A stretch of DNA of 32,133 nt from Basidiobolus ranarum (Eukaryota), in assembly GCA_040143965.1 (NCBI GenBank), contig JASJQH010006961.1, positions 1 through 32,133 on the forward strand, in the 5' to 3' direction. The stretch's first letter is position 1. Every line of letters begins with the position of its first letter. The position numbers and the translations under genes were made by a program. This document shows positions 11,391-23,426 of the stretch, piece after piece. Below the pieces are notes generated by a model. That model searched no databases. It was not told where the DNA came from and saw only the letters and a program-made list of their open reading frames with translations.

Positions 11391-11734
11391 TATCTACAAC
11401 GCTAGATGACTTGAGCTGATTCCCATTATATCATCGTTGAATAATTTCCAATTATCCTCATTAAATATGCTTCGATTTTAGTTTGGAATTTTTGCATTTT
11501 TGTTGGGTGGTTTGGTGTTAATGGTTGGGGTAAAAGCAATCTTATTTTATTTGTTACCTGTTGGCAATCCGATTTTTTTAGAATCATACCGATTATGACA
11601 TGACAATTTTCTTAGGCGTAGAAGTGGTGAAATTTGGTTGACCTCCTGAATCACGTGAACACATCTCATCCATTGATACTTTAGGTGTTATTTTAGAGAC
11701 GATTCAACAAATTATTCTTTCACGTTCAGAAACC

Positions 11735-13281
11735 ATGGTTTTAGAACTTTATTCTTGGGGACCAGGACTTGGACTTCCTTCGATAGATCCACTTTGTTTA
11801 ACCATCGAGGTATATATAGTCAACTTTTTAATTTTTGGAAGCTGGTTCAAAACCACTCTCATTGTGAAAGTGAAAAACCACACTCAACCTTGCTAATACC
11901 CACTTTCTTTTCCTTTCCAACTAGACTTATTTAAGCTTAGTTAAAGCTGATTGGGTGGTTAACGAATGTAATAACCCTAATGCTTCACCTTCTGGTATGT
12001 CGAATTTTCACCCACTTTATTTCCAACCCAAAGTATACAAACCGACCATTTCACTTTCACTTCAGGGGAATTACCACTACTTCGAGATGGGACAGAATAT
12101 ATCTATGGCGTTAACAATATCATTGCTTATTTAAGTAAACAGGTATGCTCTTTGGTTATTTTTCGAAAAGTGAAGTGGAATTAAACGAGAGACCAATGTT
12201 GATACTCTATAGAATCTCGACCTTAATAAGAACCTCGATGACAATCAAAAAGCCGAATGTCTCGCGTAGGTTATATATGATATAGGAAATAATCACCTTG
12301 ATATTCATATTCATTTGAATGAACCCTATTCTTTCGTTAGTTACTCCGCCTTAGTGAACGATAAACTTCAGGATGGTTTGGTAGGAATGAATGGATTCAA
12401 TTCACCTTATTTAATCATATCATTAAATACCCTTGGATATAGTTGTATGCTTGGTATGGCGATCAGGAGAATTTCACCCAAGTTACTCGACCCACCTTCG
12501 CCAAACTTCTTCCACTCGCTTTGAGATACTTCACCCCTATCACCCTAAGAAAAAGCGCATTATCTAGAATTGAAAATTATGGACTTAACAAGGAAGAAAA
12601 AAAGAAAAGTCAAGGCAAAAAGAGTGACATCGTTCCTGAGGTAAAGAAACATTCCAACTTTTCTTATGACATGAATTAATTCACTAAGAAATATCTTTAG
12701 GTTTATGAAATAGTACGTGAAAATTATAGAGTATTATCCAAAAAACTGGGTCAACAAAAATACTTCTTGGGAGATAGGTTCGTATATTTGTATTCTAAGC
12801 ATATTCTATCGATTCTTTTTTGTCTCATTAGTTTCCTCTTAGTCCTACTACCCTTGACTCGATTGTTTTCGGTCAATTGGCACTCCATTATTATCCGGAA
12901 CTCCCTAACCCACGTCTTGCCTCGATGTTGAAGGAGGAGTTCCCCAATCTTGGTGAATTCTGTGAGAGAATTCATAATCTCGCTTTCACTGAGCCCATTA
13001 AGAAGGCCACTTCTAATGATACGCCATCTCCTTTCAGTGGACTTTTCGGATCACCTATCAGTTGGTTGAAAAACAACTTTTTGATCAAGCTCACTGGTAC
13101 TAAGGAAGTAGAACCCAAAACACCGGAACAAGTGGAATTTGAAAGGACTCGATTCCTCTCTATATTTGGTGCGGCTTGGTTCATGGTCGCTTTTATCGTC
13201 TATAATGGAATTATTTCCATTGAATTTGTCAATGAAGAAGAGGAGGAATATGAAGAGGAGTACTATGAGGAATTGGATTAA
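11735..13281 (+). CDS. Metaxin-1/Sam37(Tom37)-like mitochondrial outer-membrane protein, ~8 exons
   Basis: MVLELYSWGPGLGLPSIDPLCL, NPNASPSGELPLL, LYAWY..ENF, a GST-C-like region ending FPNLGEFCERI, and a C-terminal TM segment followed by an acidic tail. Confidence 0.9.
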
Positions 13282-13514
13282 AATGCATTGATTGCTTCAT
13301 TAACTGCATTCAATCCATCCCCATCCCCACCCTCCATATTCACATTACATCAATAAAATCCACCATTATGTCATCATTTGTATATACATTGCAGTGAAGT
13401 GTGAAGCCAAGAATGATGGGAATCTCTACTTTTATTACATGGTTGTTTATCACATGGAGGATTAGGTATATGGTCGTGGGTTACTTGTATTGTAATGGGG
13501 AATACACACTCCTC

Positions 13515-14168
13515 TTAAAGAGTAATACAGGCGACAGCAACCAATGCAATCATAGATGATCCTAGCCCAACCGAGGTCAAGGAAGTCGCATCATTAGGTT
13601 TTGTCTGCTGAGTACCATTAGCGGCACTGGATGGAGTGGATCCGGTAGCCTTAGTAGCGGCGGGAGTGGAGGCGGCGGTGTATAGAGGAGTAGCATTTAC
13701 ATCGGATACAGATAAGAATGAAGGTGGACTATTGGGAGTTCTGCACTGAAATTTGGAAGAGCAAGCAACATAACATTGATTTGGATTATTATCTTTAAGA
13801 CATTTCATTTTACAATCCTCTGCTTTACCCTCGCATTCAGCTACAACTACTGGCCACAAATAAGCAGTCTGATCTGGAACTTTGCTTTTACAACCACATC
13901 CCCAACCCATGGTCTTAGGGTTACAGAAATTCATGGGGTCCTGATCAACACCACCACAATTAATGGTACAGTATCCTTTCTGTCGGTTACATAGTTCAAT
14001 ACGAGAAGCTTCCGGGAGATTCAAGATGGACCAGTCGGCTATCATATGACCAAAAAGAGATTAATAATGGGATGACATGAGAATATCAATTCGCTTGAAA
14101 TTACCTGAAATGTTCTGGACGAAAGATAGAGCAACAACAGTCAAAGTGGCGAATGAGAGATATTTCAT
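13515..14168 (-). CDS. Secreted Cys-rich, Ser/Thr-rich, probably GPI-anchored protein; exons 14168-14105 and 14038-13515
   Basis: Signal peptide MKYLSFATLTVVALSFVQNISA, a 12-Cys domain, a T/A/S linker and a hydrophobic C-terminus (NDATSLTSVGLGSSMIALVAVACITL). Confidence 0.88.
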
Positions 14169-14703
14169 CTTGTGTAGATATAAGCGAGATTGATGTTGAT
14201 GCTGAAGTTGTAATTGATACACCTCGAGTATTTAAAGTATCGCGAGACAATTCAACCCATCCTATGCAGAACAGTTGACAATGTAAATAGAAATGTTAAT
14301 CACGTATTGTGTGTAATGTACATAGTATGTAATGTAAATAGGAAATGCTAATCAAGTATTATATGTTATTCTACGCACCATTCACCATTCACCATACACC
14401 TTACACCATTATAGGAATAGCTGACATTGAAATTGTTAAATGTCCAATGGAAGGAAACCTATGCGGAATAGCTCCTACAATACCGTGCAGAATAATTAAT
14501 TTACACTTGATTGATAATGGACCAATCCTATCGATGAAAGTTCATAATCGGAACAAATATTTCCTTAAAATATGAATTGTTCTTTTTTTCTTCACAATTA
14601 CTTAATTTGAAGGCGTATATCACGTGATTTGCGGTATTTTGAATGCAAAAATATGGATTCTGGGGAGGAAATTTATTTCAGAGTTACAATGGTTAGATTA
14701 CGA

Positions 14704-15627
14704 TTACATTGCAGGTCTAGTATTAACTAGATTTGGTTTGGAATTACTGTGAATAGGGACATTTTTGGCTCGTTCAATCTTCTCTTGGATATTCTGAAGG
14801 AATTCTGGACATTTAGCTTGGTAGACTAGCTTAGTGGCGGATACGCCAGTAGATCGATCAAGTGCATTCAATTCGGTATCAACTTCATATTCAAAACGCA
14901 ACATATTCATTGGGGTAGATTTGTTACGGGTAGTACAATGATTAACCAACTCACGTAGCAGTAGACTATGTTCTTGAGTGAATTCCAAACTCACAGGTAA
15001 CGTGATTTCGGTGCGAGAAGTGGTGCGAGCAGGAAAAGTCAACTGGATGGGAATGTTGTTGAGGAATTCTTGGGTCGAGTTGAGTGCTGATTTTAGTGGG
15101 ACTCTTATCTGCGATGTAATGGTATCTTAGCTACGTGAGTGAGAAAGTTAAGAAATTAAGGGATTGAGTACCTTGACATGTACTACCTCTACCTGTGCAG
15201 ATACCCAATTGGGATTCTCTACCAATAACCAGAGCCTTGTCTCGAATTTAAGCAGTCTATTGGCACCCTTGACCTCCCATTTGATGGAGCTATTACTATT
15301 CTTAACCTCGCTAACCTCCGCTGTAATAGTCCTCGGGCACAAAAAGAATACAGACAAACCAGCAGCCAGAATAAAGAACAATACGATAGATAATATTATG
15401 GCCAACCTTCGAGTGAAATACAACTGTGAGCAACAACGTGGTGGGTTTTTATAGTGAACGAAAGGTTTGGGTTGAGATTTAGGTCGGTAGGGTACATAAT
15501 CTAGTATCGCACGTTCTTTATCATAACCATCGTTCTCTAAATGAAAACCAAAGTCATGAGAGAAGGAATCCATATCCTTCGTAGAAAACTTTGAAGCCTT
15601 CGTGAATTTCCCGGTTAAATCCTTCAT
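14704..15627 (-). CDS. Single-pass membrane protein with LEA_2/NDR1-HIN1-like domain; exons 15627-15172 and 15108-14704
   Basis: CC motif, TM helix ending FLCPR, LLVENPNW, then FPARTTSRTEITLPV. An in-frame GT-AG intron joins the two ORFs. Confidence 0.75.
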
Positions 15628-16217
15628 GTTGGTGAGGGTTAGGGTTTTCTCTCTCTAACTATCGGTACTATCCTTTCCTTTCCTTCTAGGTATGTTTGGA
15701 ACCAAAAAGAGTACAAAGTCTTCACAAGGGGAATAATACCCGGTGGTGATGGATATAAAACTTATGTGGGGATAGTCGAGGGAAACGGGAATCGTTCAGA
15801 CCAGAGAACCAGCGTTGTGTAGTGTGTCTTCTGGTGGGTCTACGTTTTCTTTATACCAAAGTCTTCGTATCGATACATAAGAGAACAATGGATAATGCAA
15901 ACATGAAAGCGGGGAAACAATGGGTCAAAGCTTATTTTGCAACATTGATAGCGCCTGTAAGACTTGTAGCGCTTATAGCGATTATGTCCCAATGTCTCAT
16001 GATTTCGGAGGATTATTGTTCGATTGAATTGTGGCTCATTGTCCATATGGCAATCGCTCAAGCTACAGAATTAGGAATATTTGCCAATGCCATTATGGTG
16101 CAAAATCACCATTGAAATGAAAGATTGGGGAGGGAGGGTTAGGGTTTGTCGTTTGTCGTTAGTCACTTGGTGTTGCCATTGAAAGGACCTGAAAATCCCA
16201 GTCGAAATCGAAATCAT

Positions 16218-16494
16218 ACGCGCGTGAAATTTTCCACTTGAAATCATCTGACGCGCTGAATGTTGGTGAACAGATCACTCAAAATCAAGCTAATTAGTTG
16301 ATTGACAAAATCGAAATGATACCCTTTCGTGCAACAAAATGCAGAAATTTCATATGAAATGATCATTCAATTCGACACCTTGATAGTTGATTCGCTGTTA
16401 GAACAACCTGCTTCCTTTAACTTAATTGAACCAATCAAATGAATGGAACTCAATCTATTTGGATGCCACTGAAATCTGTGATCACCTATAAAAG
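16218..16494 (+). promoter_or_regulatory. Histone H1 promoter: MCB-like CGCG sites, CCAAT and TATA
   Basis: ACGCGCGT 16218-16225, ACGCGC 16251-16256, CCAAT 16431 and TATAAAAG 16487-16494. Confidence 0.55.
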
Positions 16495-16632
16495 GATGGT
16501 GACTTGTAAATGCGGATCCACGAATCTATCCCTCTCTTTTGCTTTCACTTTCTCTTTACAACTGTTTCAGTTGGAGTTTTCTATTCCATTCCACTTTCAC
16601 TCCCACTTTGATTTATTAATCCATTCGTGAAT

Positions 16633-17349
16633 ATGGTAACCCCTCGTAGTGCCCGTACTTCTAAGACTCCTGAAAAGAAGGCTACTCCCAGCCCTAGCAA
16701 GGCTAAGCAGACTAAGGTTGTCAAAAAATCTCCTACCACCAAAAAATCTGCTAGTGGTAATCCTACTTACAAGGAGATGATCACTGCGGCCATCGTCAAT
16801 TTGAAAGAACGTAACGGCTCATCGCGTCAAGCCATCAAGAAATACATTCAAGCTAATTACAAAGTCAGTGAAACTTTCGATAGTTTATTCAATCTCGCTA
16901 TCAAGCGTGGTGTCACCTCTGAAGACTTTACCCAACCAAAAGGTCCTTCTGGCCCTGTCAAACTTGCCAAGAAAGAGTCAAAGCCTAAGACAAAAGAAGT
17001 AAAGCCCAAGGCCAAGCCTGTTGAGAAGAAGGAAGCCAAACCTGCCCCAAAGACCAAGAAACCTGCTGCTGCCAAGAAGGCAACTACTGCTCCCGCAGCT
17101 AAACCTAAGGAGGTTAAAGCCAAGGAAACCAAATCCAAAGAGGCTGCCAAACCCAAGGCTAAGGAAACTAAAGCTAAGGAGACTAAGCCCAAAGAAGCCA
17201 AAGCTAAAGAAGCTAAACCAGTGAAAAAATCCCCAGCTAAGCCTGCTGCCAAGACACAGCCAAAGGCCGCTGCCGCCACTGCCACAAAGAAGCGTGCTGC
17301 CACCAAGAAGGCACCTTCTCCTCCCACTAAGAAATCCAAGAGCAAATAA
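16633..17349 (+). CDS. Linker histone H1
   Basis: H15 globular domain [29 protein letters not shown]...[11 protein letters not shown] with Lys/Ala/Pro-rich tails; ATG at 16633. Confidence 0.97.
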   Translation: MVTPRSARTSKTPEKKATPSPSKAKQTKVVKKSPTTKKSASGNPTYKEMITAAIVNLKERNGSSRQAIKKYIQANYKVSETFDSLFNLAIKRGVTSEDFTQPKGPSGPVKLAKKESKPKTKEVKPKAKPVEKKEAKPAPKTKKPAAAKKATTAPAAKPKEVKAKETKSKEAAKPKAKETKAKETKPKEAKAKEAKPVKKSPAKPAAKTQPKAAAATATKKRAATKKAPSPPTKKSKSK

Positions 17350-17985
17350 TTCAGCAGAATATCGATTGTTAGGCTAATAATGTGTAGCTCTCAATCTTAT
17401 TCTTTTGACCTTGATGTTGGTCGTTTAACTTGAGTTATATTCCCTTAGTTTGTGTGTATATAATTTCTTCATATCCTTCTTTTGTCCTCATTCATTATTT
17501 TGTGTTTACTTTTCGCTTCTCGCTTATTAATAATAAATAAATTGACTTCAAGTGGATTTTCGTTTACTGATAGAAGACATCTCTTCCCCCATTTACTGGT
17601 GAGCTTTACGCGTGATTCTTTAAGACAAGAAATTCGCTTATGCGCGAGACTCGCACCATCATCACGCGATAATCAAAACCTGTTATCGTTGATGATTAAA
17701 CCAATCATGTGAAGCTCTTTTTAAGGCAGCGTAGATTTCAATCTGTGGTAACAAATCAACACGTAAATCGATACAATAAAGGGGTGATTTATATATACAT
17801 ATGATTAATTGATCATTGTAACAAATCCCGTATTATTCCTTGTGCAGGTTGTGATTGCGACTACAGTTAATGGTCTAGGGTATTATGGTACATTCATATG
17901 GATATATATGGAATGGGAGTGGGAATGAAGGATGAGTTAGATCGATTAAAATGCTAGCATATTTGGGGTGGGATTTAGGTTAGGG

Positions 17986-19223
17986 TTAAGAGTTTAAAGA
18001 TTCAAGAATCACATCCAATATCGTTTCATTTTCTCGTGTATGATGGACATGATGAACCGAAGTGATATTTTTCGAGAGGATTTTCGCACATTTCCTCAAG
18101 TCAAGTACTTCAAGTGACGTGAATCTTCTGACTATTATATGCAATACTTCTACCGTAACCCAGTCGCAGTTCGATACTGATAATTCTTTAAGATTGGGGC
18201 ATCGAGTAGCGAGTGCATGGATGGCATGTTTGTAGTTGATTGTGACTCGAGTTAGGTCGGATTGTGGAATGTGTTGTAACATCGATTGGTATTCCTGTAT
18301 TTCCTTCCAAAAGGTGTCTCTAAAGATTGAACATCCAGAGAGATTTAACGAGATAAGTTTGGGGCAGTTAAAAGCCAACTGAACCAAGGAAGAGGCGGAG
18401 ACACTTATATCATTGACCTGGTCTCTCTCCGACAGGTTGACATGATAAATGAGTGAACCGTGGGAATGAAGTCTTTCAGGGCGTAATAGAGTTTGAATGA
18501 ATAGAGCCCAATGGAAAGTTGAAGCAAATCGGGGCGAATAGTATAGTAAAGGTGTTGCGCAACGGTTCCATTGTCGGCATACTTCAGCACAGGAATTTAG
18601 GGTAACTTGGCATGGTGTTATATATTGAAATATCTGTAAGAGGAGTTCGTCGGGTAAGTGGAGACAACCGAACTTGGGATTGATACTTGTCTGCGCCACT
18701 GTTAGCAATAGGTCTGATATTGTGGTTAGTATTTTCTACGGTAAAATGATGCTTGTGAGAAAGTACCTATTGGAAGAGTCGAAGGGGGGCTTAGGAAAGA
18801 GAAATGTGCTTTGCTAATTTCGGGTAGTTCTTCTTCTAGATTCCAAGTAGAGTCTTCCGGGACTGATTGTAGTACATCTTTTAGTAAATCATTATACCTA
18901 GAAGGGGTGGTTATCCAAGAAAGTGGTGGGTTGTTGAAATCAGAGGCTGTGACAGGAGTATCGTCTGCTATGTTATTGGCAGCTTCTACATACATACGAG
19001 AGATGAGTATGACTTGAAGTGTATATTGAAGTACTAGAATAAATTTGGGATGAAAATACATACGAGGTCTACGAGCTACTGTACTCTGTAGAATGCCAAC
19101 AAATAAAGATTCCTCAGTTCCCAGAGAGATCAGAGGGTCCTCCTCCTCGTCACCTTGATCGTTGCTAATATCAAGAAAACTAAAATCGAAGTCAAAATCA
19201 ATTTGGTTAAGATCAAAGTCCAT
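17986..19223 (-). CDS. F-box/LRR (RNI-like) protein; exons 19223-18767 and 18713-17986
   Basis: A 53-nt intron with a TACTAAC branch point joins the two ORFs in frame. F-box LPDELLLQIFQYI...CAEVCRQWNRCATPLLY; LRRs CPKLISLNLSGC, CPNLKELSVSNC and LEVLDLRKC. Confidence 0.9.
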
Positions 19224-19819
19224 TTTTTTACGATGGTGGTGGTTGTGATGTGTAAGGAGACAGAGTCAGTGGCAAGAGAGTATGCGCAAACGTAGAATTT
19301 TGTACGTGTTATTAAATGTATGTATGTATTTTGATTGTGGGGACTTGGTCAGAATGAGGAAAGTCACAAGATAAAAATGGTACTGAGATTTATAGTTAAT
19401 CTCAAAATGACACCGATGACTCAGGGTATATTGCTAGGAAGTGCATTGAATTTGGCACAACTAACCCTAACCCCAACGTATTTCCAACAGAACAACCACC
19501 CAAACGTCCGTAAACCAACAGCGAGCGAAGTAAAGGTAATCAATGCGAAACATCAAGCGCAGGAAAGAAAAATATCCAGATAAAGTAAAACAAACTGAAA
19601 TACCATCGCTCTCGAAAAGAATATTTCGCATTGTTTCACTACAAACACTATATCAACATCGCCCAAACCCTAGTTTTAACCCTAACCCTATTTGCACATG
19701 TTCAAAATATTTAATAGTACACAAGGTAAGACACAAACGGGGAAATACACATTCAGAAAATATACAGAATTGGCACAAATTATGAACGGATTTCACTCAA
19801 AGCACGATTCAGAAATGAC

Positions 19820-21574
19820 CTAAAGGGCAAAGCCTACACCAATCGCTTTGATTACACTGTATTCATAAATTGATTCAACACCTAAATCTTTTCCAAATCC
19901 ACTGCATTTCATACCACCGAATGGCATGAAATATGGGTTGAAATTGTAGGTATTGTGCCAGACTAAGCCAAATTGCATTTCACTATACATGCGTTCCGCA
20001 ATTTTTTGATCTTTAGTCCAGAATCCGCAACCTAGGCCGTATTCGGTATTATTGACTCCTTTCAGAACTTCGTCAAGGCTTTCGAATCTGTGGTTAAAAT
20101 GTGATGTTAGCGATGGAGCTTCTGTAGCTATTATACTACTGGCCAACTTACGGTTCCATAACACACAACACTGGCCCAAATATTTCTTCTTTGAAAAGTT
20201 TCGAGGTGTCAGGTACATTGATGAAGATGGTTGGAGGAATGAAAAATCCTTTCTTCTCAGGCACCTGCCCGCCAATCAAAGCCTCCAATTTTTCAACATT
20301 TACAGCGTGTTCAATGAAGCCTTTGACTTTCTCAAACTGTCTACGGAATGCCACTGGTCCGAGCTTGACGTCAGAGTCCTGGCAAGGATTGCCAAATTTA
20401 AGACTTGGCTCCTTGGCCTTAAGCTTTTCAAGGAAACTCTTATGGATAGATTTATGTAAATATAATCTAGTAGCAGCACAGCAATTCTGTCCCACAGTTG
20501 CGTAAGCTCCGTTCCAAACGTCATTCACAGCTTTATCAATATCTGCATCTTCAAAAACTACTAATGGCGATTTGCCACCTAGTTCAAGTTTAACTTTTTT
20601 AAGATTAGAATCCGAAGCTGCCTTCATGATCGCCCGTCCAGTGTTAGTTGAACCTGTGAAAGAAACCAAGCTAACCTACACACATTAGTTAGTAGCCATA
20701 ATGTTGCTATAAAGTCCGAGTAGTTACGCTTTACCTCTTCGTGCTTGGATAAAGCGTCACCGGCAATGGAACCCCAACCAGGGATAATATTAACTACACC
20801 TGGTGGGAATCCGGCTTCTTTTATCAATGCTCCGAGGTGTAGGCAACTAAGTGGTGCAATCTCAGAGGGTTTGAGAACGATACAATTTCCCGCCGCGAGA
20901 GCAGGTCCAAGTTTCCAAACAGCCATTAATAGAGGGTACTAAGCAAATATTGGTCAATTACAGTTTCATATTACTTTTGTGGGATTATAAACTTACGTTC
21001 CATGGAGTGATCAAACCAATAACACCAGCTGGATAGATACGAGTTTGTGCGCTAACCATATGGTCATCAAAGTTGGCAGGTGGGTATGTCTTGCCATAAA
21101 TCTTATCAGTATAGCCTAATAATCATCATTAAAACCAGTCAATCATAATCAGATTCATTACTTCATACCTGCGTAAAAACGGAAACATCTAGCAGCTTCT
21201 TCTACGTCTTCTCTAGCTTCACTCTGGTGTTTACCTACGTTGAATGTTTCAAACTGCGCTAGGATTTCGGTATCTCTTTCGATCAAATCAGCCAACTTGA
21301 GCATCAATTTACAGCGCTCCTCTCCGCCTATACTCTTCCAACCATTTTTGTAAAATGCTTGCTTAGCAGCTTGAACAGCTGTATTTACATCTTCGGGAGA
21401 GGCGGCGGCAACCTTGGCAAGAAGAGTTTCATCAGAAGGGTTAATGACTGCGATAAGTGGATTATCCGATGATGGCTCTTCTGATGCCTCGGAAGATTGC
21501 TTCACTGAGTCAACAAATTCATTGTTGATGAAGAGCTGTGTATACTTGATATCAAGGGAAGAGGTGCCTGGCAT
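19820..21574 (-). CDS. NAD(P)+-dependent aldehyde dehydrogenase (ALDH1/2-like), 5 exons
   Basis: [59 protein letters not shown] (catalytic Cys), EEIFGPV and [15 protein letters not shown]. Confidence 0.97.
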
Positions 21575-21650
21575 TTTGGGAATTAGGTTACGAAGCTTAA
21601 GACGTTTTGTTCAATATATATAGCTACCACACATCCTAATTGGAGATTAT

Positions 21651-21662
21651 TGACGTGAGTCA
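21651..21662. promoter_or_regulatory. Overlapping CRE-like (TGACGT) and AP-1 (TGAGTCA) sites upstream of ALDH
   Basis: TGACGTGAGTCA lies ~80 bp upstream of the ALDH ATG, next to a TATATATA at ~21615. Confidence 0.4.
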
Positions 21663-22298
21663 GTCAAATCTTGATTGGTGTAGATCGAGATTTCAAATGC
21701 TCACGACAATATTCGTCATTCTACTTGTTCATTAAATGGGTTTGTACTATCTTTACATTCTAATCTTGTCCTCAGTAAGAACCGCCTAGGAATTCTCAAC
21801 ATGGAGGTGTAATCTTGCGTAGTTCCCAGCAATAGTTACTAGATGTATTTGCTGGTGTATGGGAACATGATGAGTCGAATCACCTGACCAGAGCCAAGCC
21901 ACAAGGGATGACGAAGTAACTCAACTTTAAATTCGCTTATATATGCAGCTATATATCATTGATGAGCTGGACGTCGAGAGTAGGTTGTGAACTGAAATCT
22001 GTATAAATTAACTAATTTTTTACGTTAAATTGGACAGTGAGTTTAATGGTCTTATTACATTTCTTGAATTGGATTTGTCACTCTAATCCTTAAATGTAAA
22101 TAGCAGCAAAGCGCAATCGCAATCCGTAGTGACGTAATAATAATAATGACCACTTTGTCAAGAAAAAATCGACCTGGTAAAAGTATCTTAACCTTCTTCT
22201 ACCGACTCCAACAAGTATTTTATCTTTTAACCATTTTTATAGTTGTATTACTCTTTTCTCTGACACCCTAAATATAACCTTATAACTGTACACTAATA

Positions 22299-23426
22299 AT
22301 GGCCGATCACGATCAACTTATTGCTCAATTTAATGGCATCACAGGTTGCGATGTTCAAAAAGCAAAATTCTTCCTCGAAGCCAATAACTGGGATGTTAAT
22401 GTAGCAGTCAGTAACTTTTTTGAATCAGGAGAAACAAACACACCCACTGATACTTCAGAGTCTTCACAACCACAATCACAACGTGCTGCTACTACTTCAA
22501 GACCTTCTAGAGCTACTGGTATTGCTACTTTTCATGATCTAGAAAATGAAGGATCTGATGAAGAAGAGCGTCAAAGTTATTTCACTGGTGGTGAAAAATC
22601 TGGTATGTTGGTACAGGATCCAACTGCTAAAAAAGATGCTTCAAATCCACTGGTTGAGGACATATTAAAAAAAGCAGCTGAAGGTGGTGAATCTTATCCT
22701 CCCTGGGAAGAAGAAGCCCCACAGAGTCAACCTAAATTCTTTACAGGAACTGGGCGTTCACTTGGTAATGAGGGCAGTGGCTCCTCTACCACTCAGCCCA
22801 CTGGCCCACAATCTGCCGAAGCTGCCACAGATAGTACCCCTGTAGTGCGAAACTTGACATTCTGGAGAAATGGGTTCAGCATCGATGATGAACCTCTCAG
22901 AAGTTATGAGGAGCCAGAGAATCAAGAATTTCTACAAGCTATAAACCGTGGCCAAGCACCTTTATCATTCTTGAATGTTCGACCTGGTCAACCAGTTGAT
23001 TTGCGTGTTGGTAAAAGATTAGATGAAGATTATGTTGCTCCACTTCAGGTGTTAAAGCCTTTCAGTGGTTCTGGGCAAAGGTTAGGCGGTGTTGCACCAT
23101 CCATTGGAGCGTCTAGAACCCCTGGAGCTTTTCCTGAATCAGATCAAATTCCAGCACAGATAGCGGAGGAGATAAAGGTTGATGAGAGTCAACCTGTGAC
23201 CTCCATTCAAATCCGTTTGGCTGATGGAAGTAGACTGGTTGGAAAGTTCAATCATAGCCACACAGTTGGAGACATTCGTCGCTTTATACATTCTTCCAGA
23301 CCTTCAGACATTGGTCGTGAGTATACTCTTCAAACCTCCTTCCCTGTTCAGCGCCTTACTGATGATTCGGCTACTTTGCAACAAGCTTCACTACTCAACT
23401 CTGTTGTCATACAACGTTATGCCTAA
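22299..23426 (+). CDS. SHP1: UBX-domain Cdc48/p97 cofactor Shp1/p47 (NSFL1C-like), intronless
   Basis: N-terminal UBA-like (AKFFLEANNWDVNVAVSNFFE), YFTGGEKSGM, SEP domain (LTFWRNGFSIDD), SHP box FSGSGQRLG and UBX domain (TSIQIRLADGSRL...FNHSHTVGDI...FP). Confidence 0.96.
   Translation: MADHDQLIAQFNGITGCDVQKAKFFLEANNWDVNVAVSNFFESGETNTPTDTSESSQPQSQRAATTSRPSRATGIATFHDLENEGSDEEERQSYFTGGEKSGMLVQDPTAKKDASNPLVEDILKKAAEGGESYPPWEEEAPQSQPKFFTGTGRSLGNEGSGSSTTQPTGPQSAEAATDSTPVVRNLTFWRNGFSIDDEPLRSYEEPENQEFLQAINRGQAPLSFLNVRPGQPVDLRVGKRLDEDYVAPLQVLKPFSGSGQRLGGVAPSIGASRTPGAFPESDQIPAQIAEEIKVDESQPVTSIQIRLADGSRLVGKFNHSHTVGDIRRFIHSSRPSDIGREYTLQTSFPVQRLTDDSATLQQASLLNSVVIQRYA

Noticed and set aside
15822..16115. 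Overlapping 97-aa and 73-aa ORFs between LEA_2 and H1
   Set aside because: No recognisable motif; they lie in a divergent promoter region.
16857..17345. 162-aa hydrophobic antisense ORF
   Set aside because: Mirror of the Lys/Ala-rich H1 codons, a common artefact.
18709..18766. Apparent frameshift or split F-box gene
   Set aside because: Explained by a 53-nt GT-AG intron with a TACTAAC branch point.
19335..19785. 82-aa and 80-aa + strand ORFs
   Set aside because: No motifs; the region is the ALDH 3' UTR and F-box promoter.
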